Of a stretch of DNA of 28,529 nt, positions 18,066 to 27,911 are shown piece after piece. Made by a program: the position numbers and the translations under genes. The DNA is from Bdellovibrionota bacterium FG-2. GTDB taxonomy: Bacteria; Bdellovibrionota; UBA1018. Location of the stretch: positions 1 to 28,529 of the forward strand of contig JBBCAV010000124.1 in the NCBI GenBank assembly GCA_051382305.1, read 5' to 3'. Numbering within the stretch: the stretch's first letter is position 1; each line of letters begins with the position of its first letter. The notes under the pieces are model-generated. The model did not search any database, had not been told where the DNA came from, and worked only from the letters and a program-made list of their open reading frames with translations.

Positions 18066-19957
18066 AACACCCTCGAAAACGTACTCCAACCCGTGAAACC
18101 GGATTGGTAGTTGCTATTGCGAGTCGCAAAACGCCAATTGTATTTGGTCAGCATTTGAGTCGCGGGAACCGAGACTTCCTGATAGGGCACCCTGAAACTA
18201 AAGGTGGGCAAAAACGAGGTTGCGACCTGCTCCAAAGATTGACCACAGAGATCAAACGAACCACCACCCGAAGAGATGGCAGTGATCCCAATCGTGCAAG
18301 CCACTCGTTGAAGGAGTAACGACATTCCATAAAGCTCTGTACTCTTAAGTTCAATGACCCGAGTAGCAGGCTTCACCGTCTTTTCTTGCGTGGTCCAAAC
18401 ATTGTCATAGCAAGGATAGGGAATTCCATATTTGTAACACGTCTTCCAATGCCGTTCATTCCAACCCACTTGCACTACGTATTCGAGGGTCGGATGAAAA
18501 TGATGATGCTTATCTGAATCAAAAAGAAGCACACGCGTATCAGAGCCAAACCCGAGCGCCCAATCCTTGAGTGGCCCAGCATTGCGAATCCGGTCATTGG
18601 GGCTTGCGGCCCCAAGTTCCCGATGTATTTTGCTTTCGATGTCTCTTATTTGAGGCACTGAAAGGGCGTAATCAAATCGCGCGCCGCCAGCCATATAATT
18701 GCTTTGGTTATAATCATAAGTCCCGATCCCAAAAAACATCCCTCCTTGATTTGCAAACACCAAATTAGACTGAAAGCCCTGCGTTATCACCGTTGCGGGA
18801 TAGGGAGAAAGAGCGATATTGGTTGCACCCGCGACGAGAATTTCGCTGACGTTATAATCATACACATTCAGCAAATCTCCTAAAGCGGCTACCCACGATC
18901 CAAAGCTTGAATTCAATAACACAAACGGCGTCAGATAATCTAACGAGCAAATACTCGTAAACTCCAGACCCGCCTCTACATACTCATCGAGAAAACCCGA
19001 ATAAGCATGACCTAACTCATGGGCCGCCACATAGGTTGACGAATACAAATCTGAAAGCGTAACCTTTGCAATACCGTAGGGCTTGCCCAAAACCGATGGC
19101 GGAGTCGCATTCGCCGTTACTTTCTCCGTAGTTCGGGTATTAAATAAAACCATCACAGCCTGGGGCGCTACCGAATACCCAAGCGTCGAAAGCGCCTCAC
19201 CCACCTTCGTATCGACCACTTCAATCACTTTCTCTTGCCGAAGCGTAAGCGCCAATCCGCGAATCGGATGCTTCGCAATTTTTCCACCAAATGTGGAGTC
19301 TGCACTCCCCAATGCCCCCCCGGGCAACCAAAACCCCAAGTACAAGAAGTTCGCTTTGTATTGCGTGGTATACAATCTTTCGTCATTTTCAGAGATATTG
19401 GCAATAAGATGATCAAACTCCTGCCGAAAGGTCGCATACTCACCCTCTGTAAACCCCGTGGGCAACACGGCCATGAGCGGATAGTGCGCAGGATCTCCTA
19501 ACTGACTCGCAGTACACACTTGACCGCTCCCGGTTTTGCACAAAAACGGAGCGTGCTCAATCACGGGGAGTATCTTTAGCACGGAGGGAGTAAACAACTG
19601 AGACTGAAACGACGACTGAAATAGCGGAAAAACAGCCAGCGGCTGCGGCGCGGGATTAGGACGCAAAGAGGGAGCATCCAGTCTTGGTGCCGCAACAAAA
19701 GTGGCGGCGACAATAACATTTTGAGCCACTGCCTCAGGTTGCGCTCTCGCTCGTTGCGGAGCCGGCGAAGGCACTGCCCGCATCAATTCAGCCAAAGCCG
19801 CAGCCACTTCGGGTCTGTTGTTTTTTGTAAGGTTCTCAGAAACACCAGTGGGTGAAGCCGTAGGGGCAGCCGTTTGAACCCGAAAGGGATCGTTACAAGC
19901 AGAGGCGACTAACAAACAAAACAGCAAGCCATATTTATTTCTTAAAACGCTACGCAT
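18062..19957 (-). CDS. Lipoprotein with a peptidase M64-like zinc motif
   Basis: Lipobox-like VASAC, Pro/Ala linker, GFT.GE...[16 protein letters not shown] (HExxH-x6-DEY as in M64). Confidence 0.7.
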   Translation of the reverse strand: MRSVLRNKYGLLFCLLVASACNDPFRVQTAAPTASPTGVSENLTKNNRPEVAAALAELMRAVPSPAPQRARAQPEAVAQNVIVAATFVAAPRLDAPSLRPNPAPQPLAVFPLFQSSFQSQLFTPSVLKILPVIEHAPFLCKTGSGQVCTASQLGDPAHYPLMAVLPTGFTEGEYATFRQEFDHLIANISENDERLYTTQYKANFLYLGFWLPGGALGSADSTFGGKIAKHPIRGLALTLRQEKVIEVVDTKVGEALSTLGYSVAPQAVMVLFNTRTTEKVTANATPPSVLGKPYGIAKVTLSDLYSSTYVAAHELGHAYSGFLDEYVEAGLEFTSICSLDYLTPFVLLNSSFGSWVAALGDLLNVYDYNVSEILVAGATNIALSPYPATVITQGFQSNLVFANQGGMFFGIGTYDYNQSNYMAGGARFDYALSVPQIRDIESKIHRELGAASPNDRIRNAGPLKDWALGFGSDTRVLLFDSDKHHHFHPTLEYVVQVGWNERHWKTCYKYGIPYPCYDNVWTTQEKTVKPATRVIELKSTELYGMSLLLQRVACTIGITAISSGGGSFDLCGQSLEQVATSFLPTFSFRVPYQEVSVPATQMLTKYNWRFATRNSNYQSGFTGWSTFSRVF

Positions 19958-19971
19958 TTCTCACCCCCCTC

Positions 19972-20796
19972 TCAATCACTTTGAGTTTGATCGTCGGAAT
20001 TCTCAGAAACCTGTGCCACGGCCCCGCCCGAGAGCACTGTCTCTCTAATTTTACTAAATTCTTTTCGCCACCCCGCTGGCACCCGTTTCATAAGTTCACT
20101 GTTGTCTCCCCCAGAAATCACAGCGAGCGGAAAGGACGCCTGTTTCTTGAGAGACTCTGGCGCCTTGGGATCTGCAACAACAGAGAGCAAGAAGTCGACA
20201 GAAGGTTCATCGCCACTTCTCGGATGAAAATAGCCCAGAATTTGTTGGCGATCACTGAGCCGCAGAGCGGGGTCTGCATAGAGCTGCACCAACAACTCCG
20301 CAGCGGACGAATCATGAGAACGCCCCACCGCATCGATGGCCAGGAACCTCGTTTTCCGAAGGTTCGTTTTGGTCGCGATCACACGCAACTGATCGAGTTG
20401 CGAGCCATTGAAACTGTTGGAACCGATTTGAACTTGCAGTTCGGGTTCATTTTTCCCAAGCAACGAGTGATCAAGACTTATTAGCGCTGGATTTGGGGGC
20501 TCTACCGTTACTTGATGCCAGCCATCCTTTTCAAAAGCGCGATGTTCTTCAAGCAAGGCCTTGTTGTTCTCCGCAACTTGATCCTGCACAGCCCGAAGTC
20601 CCTGCGGGATACTGGCGGGAGCGCGCTCACCGGCTGCGCCGCTGGGTGCTTCGAGCACAATGGGTTTTTGGTTTTCTCGCATCGAAGGCGAAGTGAAATA
20701 GAGGCCCAATACTCCAAGAGACAAAATACCGAAAACGCCCAGTCCGAGACGCCGTCGTTGCCTACGTAGTGTCCTGCGTGATCGTTTCTTTGACAA
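19972..20796 (-). CDS. Membrane-anchored hypothetical protein with HEAT-like helical repeats
   Basis: TTG at 20796 with GGGGGA upstream; basic N-terminus plus TM helix; R.LAIDAVG....SAAELL..L repeat-like segments; 14 nt upstream of the M64-like gene. Confidence 0.65.
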   Translation of the reverse strand: MSKKRSRRTLRRQRRRLGLGVFGILSLGVLGLYFTSPSMRENQKPIVLEAPSGAAGERAPASIPQGLRAVQDQVAENNKALLEEHRAFEKDGWHQVTVEPPNPALISLDHSLLGKNEPELQVQIGSNSFNGSQLDQLRVIATKTNLRKTRFLAIDAVGRSHDSSAAELLVQLYADPALRLSDRQQILGYFHPRSGDEPSVDFLLSVVADPKAPESLKKQASFPLAVISGGDNSELMKRVPAGWRKEFSKIRETVLSGGAVAQVSENSDDQTQSD

Positions 20797-21056
20797 GATT
20801 CCCCCTAACGTACGTTCCCGAGCGCCCCCCAAGGCGCCCCCATAGTAACCAACTAAAACACTCAATCATTGTCTCACGCCCAGCCAAGAAAGCACAACAA
20901 AGAAAGCTATGACAATAAAAACTAGCAGTTTCAAATAGTTGACGTTCTGAGCCTCGGCGAGAAGCGCCTTCATAGGAACTCCGGCAGCCTCGAAGAAATT
21001 CTCGATGAGGCACCGAGTTTAACACCGGACACTCCCTGACAATCCCTCACTTCTTA

Positions 21057-21090
21057 AATAGTGAAGAAACTGGAATAGTGAAGAAACTGG
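21057..21090 (+). repeat. Perfect 17-bp tandem direct repeat (AATAGTGAAGAAACTGG)x2
   Basis: Units at 21057-21073 and 21074-21090 in a divergent intergenic region. Confidence 0.9.
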
Positions 21091-21200
21091 CCGAAGGGGT
21101 GGGGGGATAGGCCCCTAACTTCGCAATTTCGGAAATCCAAACCTCCGCGCACGCCCCGCGCGCCACGCAACTCTACACTGCACTCCACACACGCACGCAT

Positions 21201-21216
21201 TGGCCCACTTCCTGCT
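21201..21216 (+). promoter_or_regulatory. Putative sigma54 -24/-12 promoter for comM
   Basis: TGGCCCACTTCCTGCT has GG-N10-GC spacing; the predicted start site falls at about the ATG (21229), with no Shine-Dalgarno. Confidence 0.5.
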
Positions 21217-21228
21217 CTGCCTGCCCGC

Positions 21229-22794
21229 ATGACAATAAAAATCGCCGCTCCCCTAACCACCGAAGCCACGCCTTGCCTTCAATGGATTGAAGTCGCAAGT
21301 TTCTTTCAAATTCCTCAGTTCGTTATTATTGGACTGCCCGCGCCCGAAGTGATGGAGGCCCGCGAACGCGTAAGAGCTGCGATCAGCTCCAGTGGATTTA
21401 AGTTTCCAAAACGAAGGGTTGTGCTCAATCTTTCCCCCTCCAGCATCAAGAAGCGCGGTACGGGAATCGACTTGGCCATGGCCTTAAGCGTGCTGGCCAA
21501 CCAAGCAAAAATCAAATCTCCGTACTCAATTGCCGCCTGGGGCGAGCTGGGTCTAGATGGAACACTCAAAGCCTCCGGCCAAATCACCCGCGCGGTGGTC
21601 GCCACACTAAGAGAAGAAATCCCCTACCTGCTAGTCCAAAAATCGGAAGCGGCGACCGCGATCGCGACACTTGCGTCTCTTGGATCTCTGGCACCCCCGA
21701 CATCACTTCAAATCATCGGAGTTGAAAATCTCGCCGAGGCCTGGCTGATGAGTCAGAGAATTTTTGAGGGGAAGATTCCCACAATCCAGCCACCAACAGC
21801 CGCTACACTTCCAGCCGCCCACCCAAAACAAACAACACACAAACTCCTCCCGCTCCCGCCGACACTTGCACGCCTCGTTTCTGCCAGCATCAGCGGTGCG
21901 CACCATCTCCTACTTCTTGGTCCCAAAGGTGTGGGGAAAAGCCAGGCTATTGAATGGATGACGGCGCTACTTCCCGAGCCCTCCGCCCACTCCCGCATCG
22001 AACAACTCCTACTCAAAGAACTTAGTTCTGAGCCCAACAACAACCCCTATATCATGCCCATCAGACGCGTCAGCTCGCTTGTTCGCCCCGCTGCCCTAAT
22101 CGGGAACGCAACAGCCTCCACACTCCATCCAGGTGAATGCTCGCTCGCCCACGGGGGAATCCTCATTGCCGACGAGCTCCCCGAATGGGCGAGAGACTCC
22201 CGCGAGGCCTTGCGTGAACCGCTTGAAAGACGTCGGGTCACCCTGAGTCGAGTCAGCGGCGCTGCGGAACTTCCTGCAGAATTTATTCTCGCTGCAACAG
22301 GAAACCTCTGCCCCTGCGGAGGAGTGCCCAAGAACTTTCCACGTGCAATTAACGCGGGGAAAGGCGTTGAAAGCTCTTGCGATTGCACGCAGGCTCGCCG
22401 AAAAGCGTATTTCAGCAGAATTTCGGGGCCGCTCTTGGATCGAATCGATATCGCGGCACTCGTGGGACTGCAAGCCCCTGCCTTGACTTCCAACTCCGAG
22501 TACTCGTTTGAGAAGAAACAATCCGAAATTCACTTTTGCCGAGAGATCCTTCAAAGAACTTTAGGCAAACTGCCAGGAAACTTAGATCCAAGAGAAACCG
22601 AAGACCTTCTGCAAAGCCAAAAAGAGTGGCTCGCGACCTTAGAGCAGCTTCAGTTCAAGAGTTTACGGGCTCGCCACAAATGTTTTCGCTTGGCATTGAC
22701 ACTCGCGGCTCTAGACAAAGTAGAATCCGGGCCCACCCAAGCTCATTTTTTTGAAGCAGCCAACTATCGGCCAGAGCGCTTGGGCTTTTGCTGA
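21229..22794 (+). CDS. comM: ComM/YifB Mg-chelatase-like AAA+ ATPase
   Basis: IIGLP...V.EARERVRAA, NLSP....K.G...DLA.AL, GELGLDG, GP.GVGKS, PGE.SLAHGG, DELPE, LREPLE, N.CPCG, RISGPLLDRID. Confidence 0.9.
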   Translation: MTIKIAAPLTTEATPCLQWIEVASFFQIPQFVIIGLPAPEVMEARERVRAAISSSGFKFPKRRVVLNLSPSSIKKRGTGIDLAMALSVLANQAKIKSPYSIAAWGELGLDGTLKASGQITRAVVATLREEIPYLLVQKSEAATAIATLASLGSLAPPTSLQIIGVENLAEAWLMSQRIFEGKIPTIQPPTAATLPAAHPKQTTHKLLPLPPTLARLVSASISGAHHLLLLGPKGVGKSQAIEWMTALLPEPSAHSRIEQLLLKELSSEPNNNPYIMPIRRVSSLVRPAALIGNATASTLHPGECSLAHGGILIADELPEWARDSREALREPLERRRVTLSRVSGAAELPAEFILAATGNLCPCGGVPKNFPRAINAGKGVESSCDCTQARRKAYFSRISGPLLDRIDIAALVGLQAPALTSNSEYSFEKKQSEIHFCREILQRTLGKLPGNLDPRETEDLLQSQKEWLATLEQLQFKSLRARHKCFRLALTLAALDKVESGPTQAHFFEAANYRPERLGFC

Positions 22795-23270
22795 TGCGGT
22801 TCTTCATGTTTCTTGAAACTATCCAGCATTTGAGCTTTTGCGCGATTCACCGTTTCCGCAATCTGCTGAGCATCTTGCCAGGGACGCGTTCCTGGACGGG
22901 CAACCAAATCGGGATGATAGCGCTTCATGAGATCCCGATACGCCTTTTGAATTTCCTCCGGTGTCGCGTGAGGCGACACGCCCAAAATTTCGTGAGGTGG
23001 CGCATCGATTTTAAACCCCGTAAGGCGCAAAGGCTCGGGTTTTGGTTCCGGCTTCTTCATGCGGGCCTCGGCCAACGCCTGCGCGGCGCGCGGGCTGCTC
23101 TTGGCTTCTCTTTGGGTGGGGTTCTGGACCGGCTTCTTATCGGCCTCTCTCACCTTAAACTGCGAGGCCGGCTGTCGCCCGCGCATAAACCAAAACAACG
23201 CAATAAAGCCGACACCAATTCCGATCTGGATAAGATAAAATTTCTCACGAGTCACATCCCCATTTTGCAT
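22764..23270 (-). CDS. Membrane-anchored J-domain (DnaJ-like) protein
   Basis: N-terminal TM helix; C-terminal PHEILGV...A..EEIQKAYR.L.K.YHPD J-domain. Start is 23270 or GTG 23255. Confidence 0.88.
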   Translation of the reverse strand: MQNGDVTREKFYLIQIGIGVGFIALFWFMRGRQPASQFKVREADKKPVQNPTQREAKSSPRAAQALAEARMKKPEPKPEPLRLTGFKIDAPPHEILGVSPHATPEEIQKAYRDLMKRYHPDLVARPGTRPWQDAQQIAETVNRAKAQMLDSFKKHEEPHQQKPKRSGR

Positions 23271-25586
23271 GATTCCGGGCTACTTTGCACGCTCTTGTGC
23301 ACGCTCTTATTCGCTTTTTTCCCTCTTCACGCTTCAGCAGCGGCGCCTCCCTCCGAAATCTCGCTTACCCTAAATCCTCAACTCGCAACACGGACTGGAA
23401 GAGAGAGCTGCTGGGCCGAATGGACACAACAAAAAGAACATATTTGCATTCCCCGCACTCTTTGGAAGAAGTGGTTAGCGGAGACTCGCTCGTCATCTTT
23501 TATTCCCAACGAGCATCGACTCTTAGGTACAACCAAGATTTCTTCTCCTCTAATCAATACTTACTCCGCCAAAACCCCGAACAAAATCCTCACGACGCGT
23601 TTCATGGCTCAAGAAGAAGGATCACCGAACCAGGGAGGAGCCCCTAGCCTAATATGGCAAGGCATAATACTCATCGAGCAGCTCCGCGAGAAAATTTCTG
23701 ATATTCTGGTCAGCACCCGCAAAGATCCTGACCCGCTAGGGGTCATCCGGAAACTTCTGATCGGACAAAATCTCTCAAACGCCCCGACCTCACTTCTAGT
23801 CTTGATCGGATTTATCCACCTCCTGACCGCCACCGGAATCCACCTCTATGTGCTCAGCTCATGGCTTCACTTTTTTTCGCGCAACTTTCTTCAGGCCTTG
23901 GGCTTCTCCCCCCGCAATGGACTTCTCTTCACACGGGCACTCGTTTTTGCGTCCGCGCTGTTTGCTTGGCTCTTAAGCGGGGCGCGCCCCGGAATGCTTC
24001 GCCCCCTCATTGTCGTAGGCCTGCGAAGTCTCGCTAAAACATTGGGCATCAAGTGGCGCTTGGGCGCGCCTCTGGTCATCGCGCTCTCGGCAGATCTTCT
24101 CGTGGCGCTTGTGCTTTCGGCTAAGGGAAACGCTCACGCCTGGGCTCCGGGACGCTGGATCTATGCCCTAGCCGTGGGTGGGGGTCTGATGTCGCTTCAA
24201 AAAGAAGTTCAGGACATTCAAAAAAAGCGCAACTCCTTCTTTGTGCGCCTTAAACATCACCTACACCAACACTTTCAGTTAGCCATTGCTTCTTGGGCGT
24301 TTGCCGCAGTCTTTGAGGCTTTTGTGACGGGAAGATTCGCACTAGCCACACCGATTCTAAGTGTAGTGACGCTGCCTCTTTTCGCCTCAACCCTCTATCC
24401 GCTCGCCCTGGGGCTTGCTGGCTTTGGGGCCCTCACCGGAATTTGGAGTCCCATGGGAGCGGGCCTTCAGGCCATCGCGGGCTTTGGCACTCACGCCACC
24501 CAACTCCTCGCCAACGCCGTATTCGCAATCCCCACACTGTGGGTTGTTTCATTTTCGTCCCTCGCCGGGGGGATTTTTCTTGCGACCCTCATGGCATCAG
24601 TGGGAAAACGATTTCAGAATTCTATTTGGACGCTCACCGCCCTTGGCCTTTTGGCACTAACTGCAAGAGGAACAATCGCCTGGTTTCAAGTCCCGCATTC
24701 CCAACTCCCGTGGCAAGCTGCCCTCATTGAACAACTCGATGTCGGCCAAGGAGATGCGACCCTCGTCGTTAATTCAAACGGCGAAGCCGGACTCATCGAC
24801 ACCGGCTCCAAGCATGCACTCTCAGACACTGCGTGGATTGAACTGCTGAGTGCCCGTGGGATTACGGAACTCTCCTGGATTGGATTAACCCATCTCGATG
24901 AAGACCACTCAGGCGGCGTGAACCGACTCTCGCGTCTGCTGCCCATTCGTTGTGTGGCCGGCACCCAAGCTGTGCTTGAGTCACCCAAAGCGATTCTACT
25001 TCAAACCGCACTCAATAGTGCTGACATCCCCCTTCGCAATTGGAGTTCAGGGTGCGTGCCACTGCCCACAACAGTACTCATTGCAAAAAGATCTCGAGAA
25101 GGCAACGCCCTCATGGCCGCCCTCCTTGTCCCATTGCAGGGTGGAGGGAGTTATCTCACCCTAGGTGATGCAAATACCGCCCAAGAGCGCCAACTCCTCA
25201 ACTCGCCTTGGCTTACTCAAGAATTAAAAACCTGGGGCCCGATTGAGATTTTCAAAGCTGGGCACCATGGCGCAAAGACTTCTAACTCCCAGGCGCTCCT
25301 TCAAAACCTTGGGCCAAAAGTAGTATGGATTTCGGCGGGGGTGGGCAATCGCTACGGCCATCCCCATCCGCAAGCGCTCTCTCGATTTTCAGAAACTGGA
25401 ATCCCTGTAGTGCGAACCGATCAGCAAGGCGTCCTTCGCTACAAGAGCAAACGCCCACCGTCCATTACAAAAATATCTCCCGTAACCCACGAAGCCTCAT
25501 CGCTTAAGAAAAACCGAATCGCGGCTGCGACGTCTCGAGATTCCCCGACGCGCCCTAAAGGTAAACTTGCGCCCCGTTTCACGTAA
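23265..25586 (+). CDS. comEC: ComEC/Rec2 DNA uptake channel with metallo-beta-lactamase domain
   Basis: G.IHLL.ATGIH competence domain, multiple TM segments, LDVGQGDA, LIDTG, THLDEDH.GG, GDA, HHGA.TS, ISAG..NRYGHPH, RTD..G. The first 159 codons of the track ORF are antisense to the J-protein, so the start is placed at about TTG 23265. Confidence 0.9.
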   Translation: MHDSGLLCTLLCTLLFAFFPLHASAAAPPSEISLTLNPQLATRTGRESCWAEWTQQKEHICIPRTLWKKWLAETRSSSFIPNEHRLLGTTKISSPLINTYSAKTPNKILTTRFMAQEEGSPNQGGAPSLIWQGIILIEQLREKISDILVSTRKDPDPLGVIRKLLIGQNLSNAPTSLLVLIGFIHLLTATGIHLYVLSSWLHFFSRNFLQALGFSPRNGLLFTRALVFASALFAWLLSGARPGMLRPLIVVGLRSLAKTLGIKWRLGAPLVIALSADLLVALVLSAKGNAHAWAPGRWIYALAVGGGLMSLQKEVQDIQKKRNSFFVRLKHHLHQHFQLAIASWAFAAVFEAFVTGRFALATPILSVVTLPLFASTLYPLALGLAGFGALTGIWSPMGAGLQAIAGFGTHATQLLANAVFAIPTLWVVSFSSLAGGIFLATLMASVGKRFQNSIWTLTALGLLALTARGTIAWFQVPHSQLPWQAALIEQLDVGQGDATLVVNSNGEAGLIDTGSKHALSDTAWIELLSARGITELSWIGLTHLDEDHSGGVNRLSRLLPIRCVAGTQAVLESPKAILLQTALNSADIPLRNWSSGCVPLPTTVLIAKRSREGNALMAALLVPLQGGGSYLTLGDANTAQERQLLNSPWLTQELKTWGPIEIFKAGHHGAKTSNSQALLQNLGPKVVWISAGVGNRYGHPHPQALSRFSETGIPVVRTDQQGVLRYKSKRPPSITKISPVTHEASSLKKNRIAAATSRDSPTRPKGKLAPRFT
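23286..23308 (+). repeat. 12-bp-period duplication TGCACGCTCTT-G-TGCACGCTCTT
   Basis: Encodes LCTLLCTLL at the ComEC N-terminus and lies immediately upstream of the divergent J-domain gene. Confidence 0.65.
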
Positions 25587-26266
25587 AACTCTTCAAGCTC
25601 AATGTCGCTCGAATGATAGGACTCATGAAGCGGCGAACGAACAATGCCCGGGCAAACGCAATTGACCGTGATCTTGTCTTTTCCAAGCTCCTTGGCAAGC
25701 GCCTTCGTAAGGTGCACGACCGCCGCTTTCGAAACCGAATAAGCGAGCGCAGATTGATTGGGCAGAAGCCCCGCGGTCGAAGAAACATTGATGATGCGTC
25801 CGCCATTTTCGTTCTTAGCCATACAAGGAGCCACGGCTTGAGTCAGCAAGAAGGGCGCCTTGAGATTGACATCCATCGCTTCATCCCAAATACTTTCGGT
25901 GGTATCGGCAACCCCCCCGAAGGGGTAAATGCCGGCGTTGTTCACCAGACCGTAAATGTTTTTGCAGCCCACGAGAATTCGTTCCAAAGTTTTTGTGATT
26001 TGGTCCGCGCGTCTTAGATCGCAAACCTGTACGCCCACTTGTTGAGGCGAGGTCCCGGTGGATTGGAGAAGAAATTCTGAGGCGGCCTCCAATTTATTAC
26101 GATCACGCCCCAGCAGAACCACGCGATAAGGCCCTCGTTCCAGGAGCAAGCGGGCCGTTTCCAAACCGATTCCACTACCGCCGCCCGTAATAAGGACTGT
26201 CTTGAACTCTGATTTATCGTTTTTGTCGCTTCTTTCACTTCTGTCATTAGCCATTTTTGGCGCCAT
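25439..26266 (-). CDS. SDR-family NAD(P)-dependent oxidoreductase
   Basis: TGGGSGIG, VNNAG, NVSS, YSVSK, VCPG, PLGRVG, DGG. Confidence 0.95.
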   Translation of the reverse strand: MAPKMANDRSERSDKNDKSEFKTVLITGGGSGIGLETARLLLERGPYRVVLLGRDRNKLEAASEFLLQSTGTSPQQVGVQVCDLRRADQITKTLERILVGCKNIYGLVNNAGIYPFGGVADTTESIWDEAMDVNLKAPFLLTQAVAPCMAKNENGGRIINVSSTAGLLPNQSALAYSVSKAAVVHLTKALAKELGKDKITVNCVCPGIVRSPLHESYHSSDIELEEFYVKRGASLPLGRVGESRDVAAAIRFFLSDEASWVTGDIFVMDGGRLLL

Positions 26267-26422
26267 TTATTTGAACCCCGTAGAGATAAGCGTACAATTT
26301 CAAAGGGAAGTTTTCAAACTCTTGCGATCTTCTTGCCATCAGGGGGTTAACTATAGTAGACTATTTACATCAGGTATTGGGGTATCAAGAAATAGCGAAG
26401 TTATTCCGACAGGATAGGGTGT

Positions 26423-27241
26423 ATGGGGAAAATGGGGAATCCTAACAAACCGAATCAGTGCTCGAGTCTCGCAGCCCTAGCGTTTGCGCTTCTAGCTGCC
26501 GGCTCTGGTGCGTTCTCTTGCGCGCCCCCCGCCCCGACTGCAAAAGACAAAGAAGTCGTAAAGGAGTGTACCCTCGCGGATGATCAAAAAGCGACCCTCT
26601 CCGGGCGATGGCTGATCACGCCCATCCCCATTGCGTTTCATCAAGACAGCGGTTTTGCAAAAGACGAAATTGCCGACATAGTGGCCGCTGCCGACACCTG
26701 GAACGAATTTGCAAAATCGAGCATGAATATTCCCCTCATCGACTACGGGGGAGATCCTGTGAATCCGCGCATGTCGGCTTCTGCAAAGCCACCCACGCTG
26801 TGTGCGCAAAACATTGTACAGGGCAATCAGTTCTCAGGCCAAGTCGTCATTTACAAAGTAGGGCGATGGCCCTACGTCAACTATCCAAAAGCTATGGCCC
26901 TTACCAGCTACTGTCCTCTGCCTGCAAAGCCAATTTATACGATCAATATGGCCATTATGGAATTGAACTACCAAAACTTTTTTGTCGCAGGGAAACCTTC
27001 TCCTGATCTTCGCACGATTATTTTTCACGAATTTGGGCACTTAATTGGCCTCGACCATAGCTGTGACATGGAAAAGGCTAACTTTCCAAACTGCAAAAGC
27101 CCCACACTAAACCCGGCCTATTTTTCGGCATTGATGTATCCAGTCTTTGGCTTCGATGCCAACGGCAAAGGCGAGCAAAAGCGCGAGCTCACTTCTAACG
27201 ACCAAGGCCGTGCCAACTGCCTTTATCAACAAGCCCCCTAA
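26423..27241 (+). CDS. Matrixin-like (M10/metzincin) metalloprotease lipoprotein
   Basis: Lipobox-like AFSC, A.DTWN, HEFGHLIGLDH, LMYP Met-turn, L...D......LY. Confidence 0.85.
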   Translation: MGKMGNPNKPNQCSSLAALAFALLAAGSGAFSCAPPAPTAKDKEVVKECTLADDQKATLSGRWLITPIPIAFHQDSGFAKDEIADIVAAADTWNEFAKSSMNIPLIDYGGDPVNPRMSASAKPPTLCAQNIVQGNQFSGQVVIYKVGRWPYVNYPKAMALTSYCPLPAKPIYTINMAIMELNYQNFFVAGKPSPDLRTIIFHEFGHLIGLDHSCDMEKANFPNCKSPTLNPAYFSALMYPVFGFDANGKGEQKRELTSNDQGRANCLYQQAP

Positions 27242-27249
27242 GGCAATCG

Positions 27250-27894
27250 ATGCAAATTCTGTTCGAAGACAATCACCTTGTAGTTGTAAACAAACCCGCG
27301 GGGCTTTTAAGCCAAGGCGAAGAAACAGGCGATGAAAACTTGGTCGATTTGCTGCGAGCACATTTTGGGCGAAACTATGTGGGTCTCGTTCACCGCCTCG
27401 ACCGTAACACCTCGGGCCTTATGATTGTTGCCAAAAGGTCCAAGGCGGCCAATCGCCTAACTTCCGCCCTTCAAGAAGGGCTCGTGATTCGTCGGTATTT
27501 GGGTTGGATTGAGGGGCGACTCAATTCGCCCGTACGATGGGAACATAAACTATTAAAAGACGAGCGCACGAATCAGGTTCGCGTGTTTCACAAAAATCAT
27601 AGCCTGGGAAAAATCGCCGTAATGAACGCGCTGCCGGAAAAATTTTCGACCCTGAGAAATCTCCCCATCACGCTTGCGCGCTTCCAACTCGAAACCGGCC
27701 GCTCCCATCAGATTCGCGCCCAATGCGCCTTTGAAGGGCACCCCATTGTGGGCGATCGAAAATACAAGAGCACCGCTGATTTCCCACGTACTGCTCTACA
27801 CTCTTGTGAGCTGGAGTTTCCTCATCCGATGTCGGGAGAGCTAATGAAGTATGAGGTGGAAATGCCGGGAGATATGCAGGGGCTGCTTCATTGA
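27250..27894 (+). CDS. RluA-family RNA pseudouridine synthase (no S4 domain)
   Basis: ED..LVVVNKPAG, VHRLDRNTSG, LETGR.HQIR, GHPIVGD.KY, LH...L.F.HP. Confidence 0.95.
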   Translation: MQILFEDNHLVVVNKPAGLLSQGEETGDENLVDLLRAHFGRNYVGLVHRLDRNTSGLMIVAKRSKAANRLTSALQEGLVIRRYLGWIEGRLNSPVRWEHKLLKDERTNQVRVFHKNHSLGKIAVMNALPEKFSTLRNLPITLARFQLETGRSHQIRAQCAFEGHPIVGDRKYKSTADFPRTALHSCELEFPHPMSGELMKYEVEMPGDMQGLLH

Positions 27895-27911
27895 AGCGAG
27901 CGTCAATCCAC

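Noticed and set aside
21057-21090. CRISPR or iteron array
   Set aside because: Only two directly adjacent copies, with no spacers and no cas or rep genes.
22788-23264. 159-aa N-terminal extension of ComEC in the ORF track
   Set aside because: It is the antisense shadow of the J-domain gene and does not look protein-like.
229-27741. Many short alternative-frame or antisense ORFs (e.g. 229-660, 2224-2790, 9321-9860, 13844-14395)
   Set aside because: They overlap well-supported genes and have no recognisable motifs.
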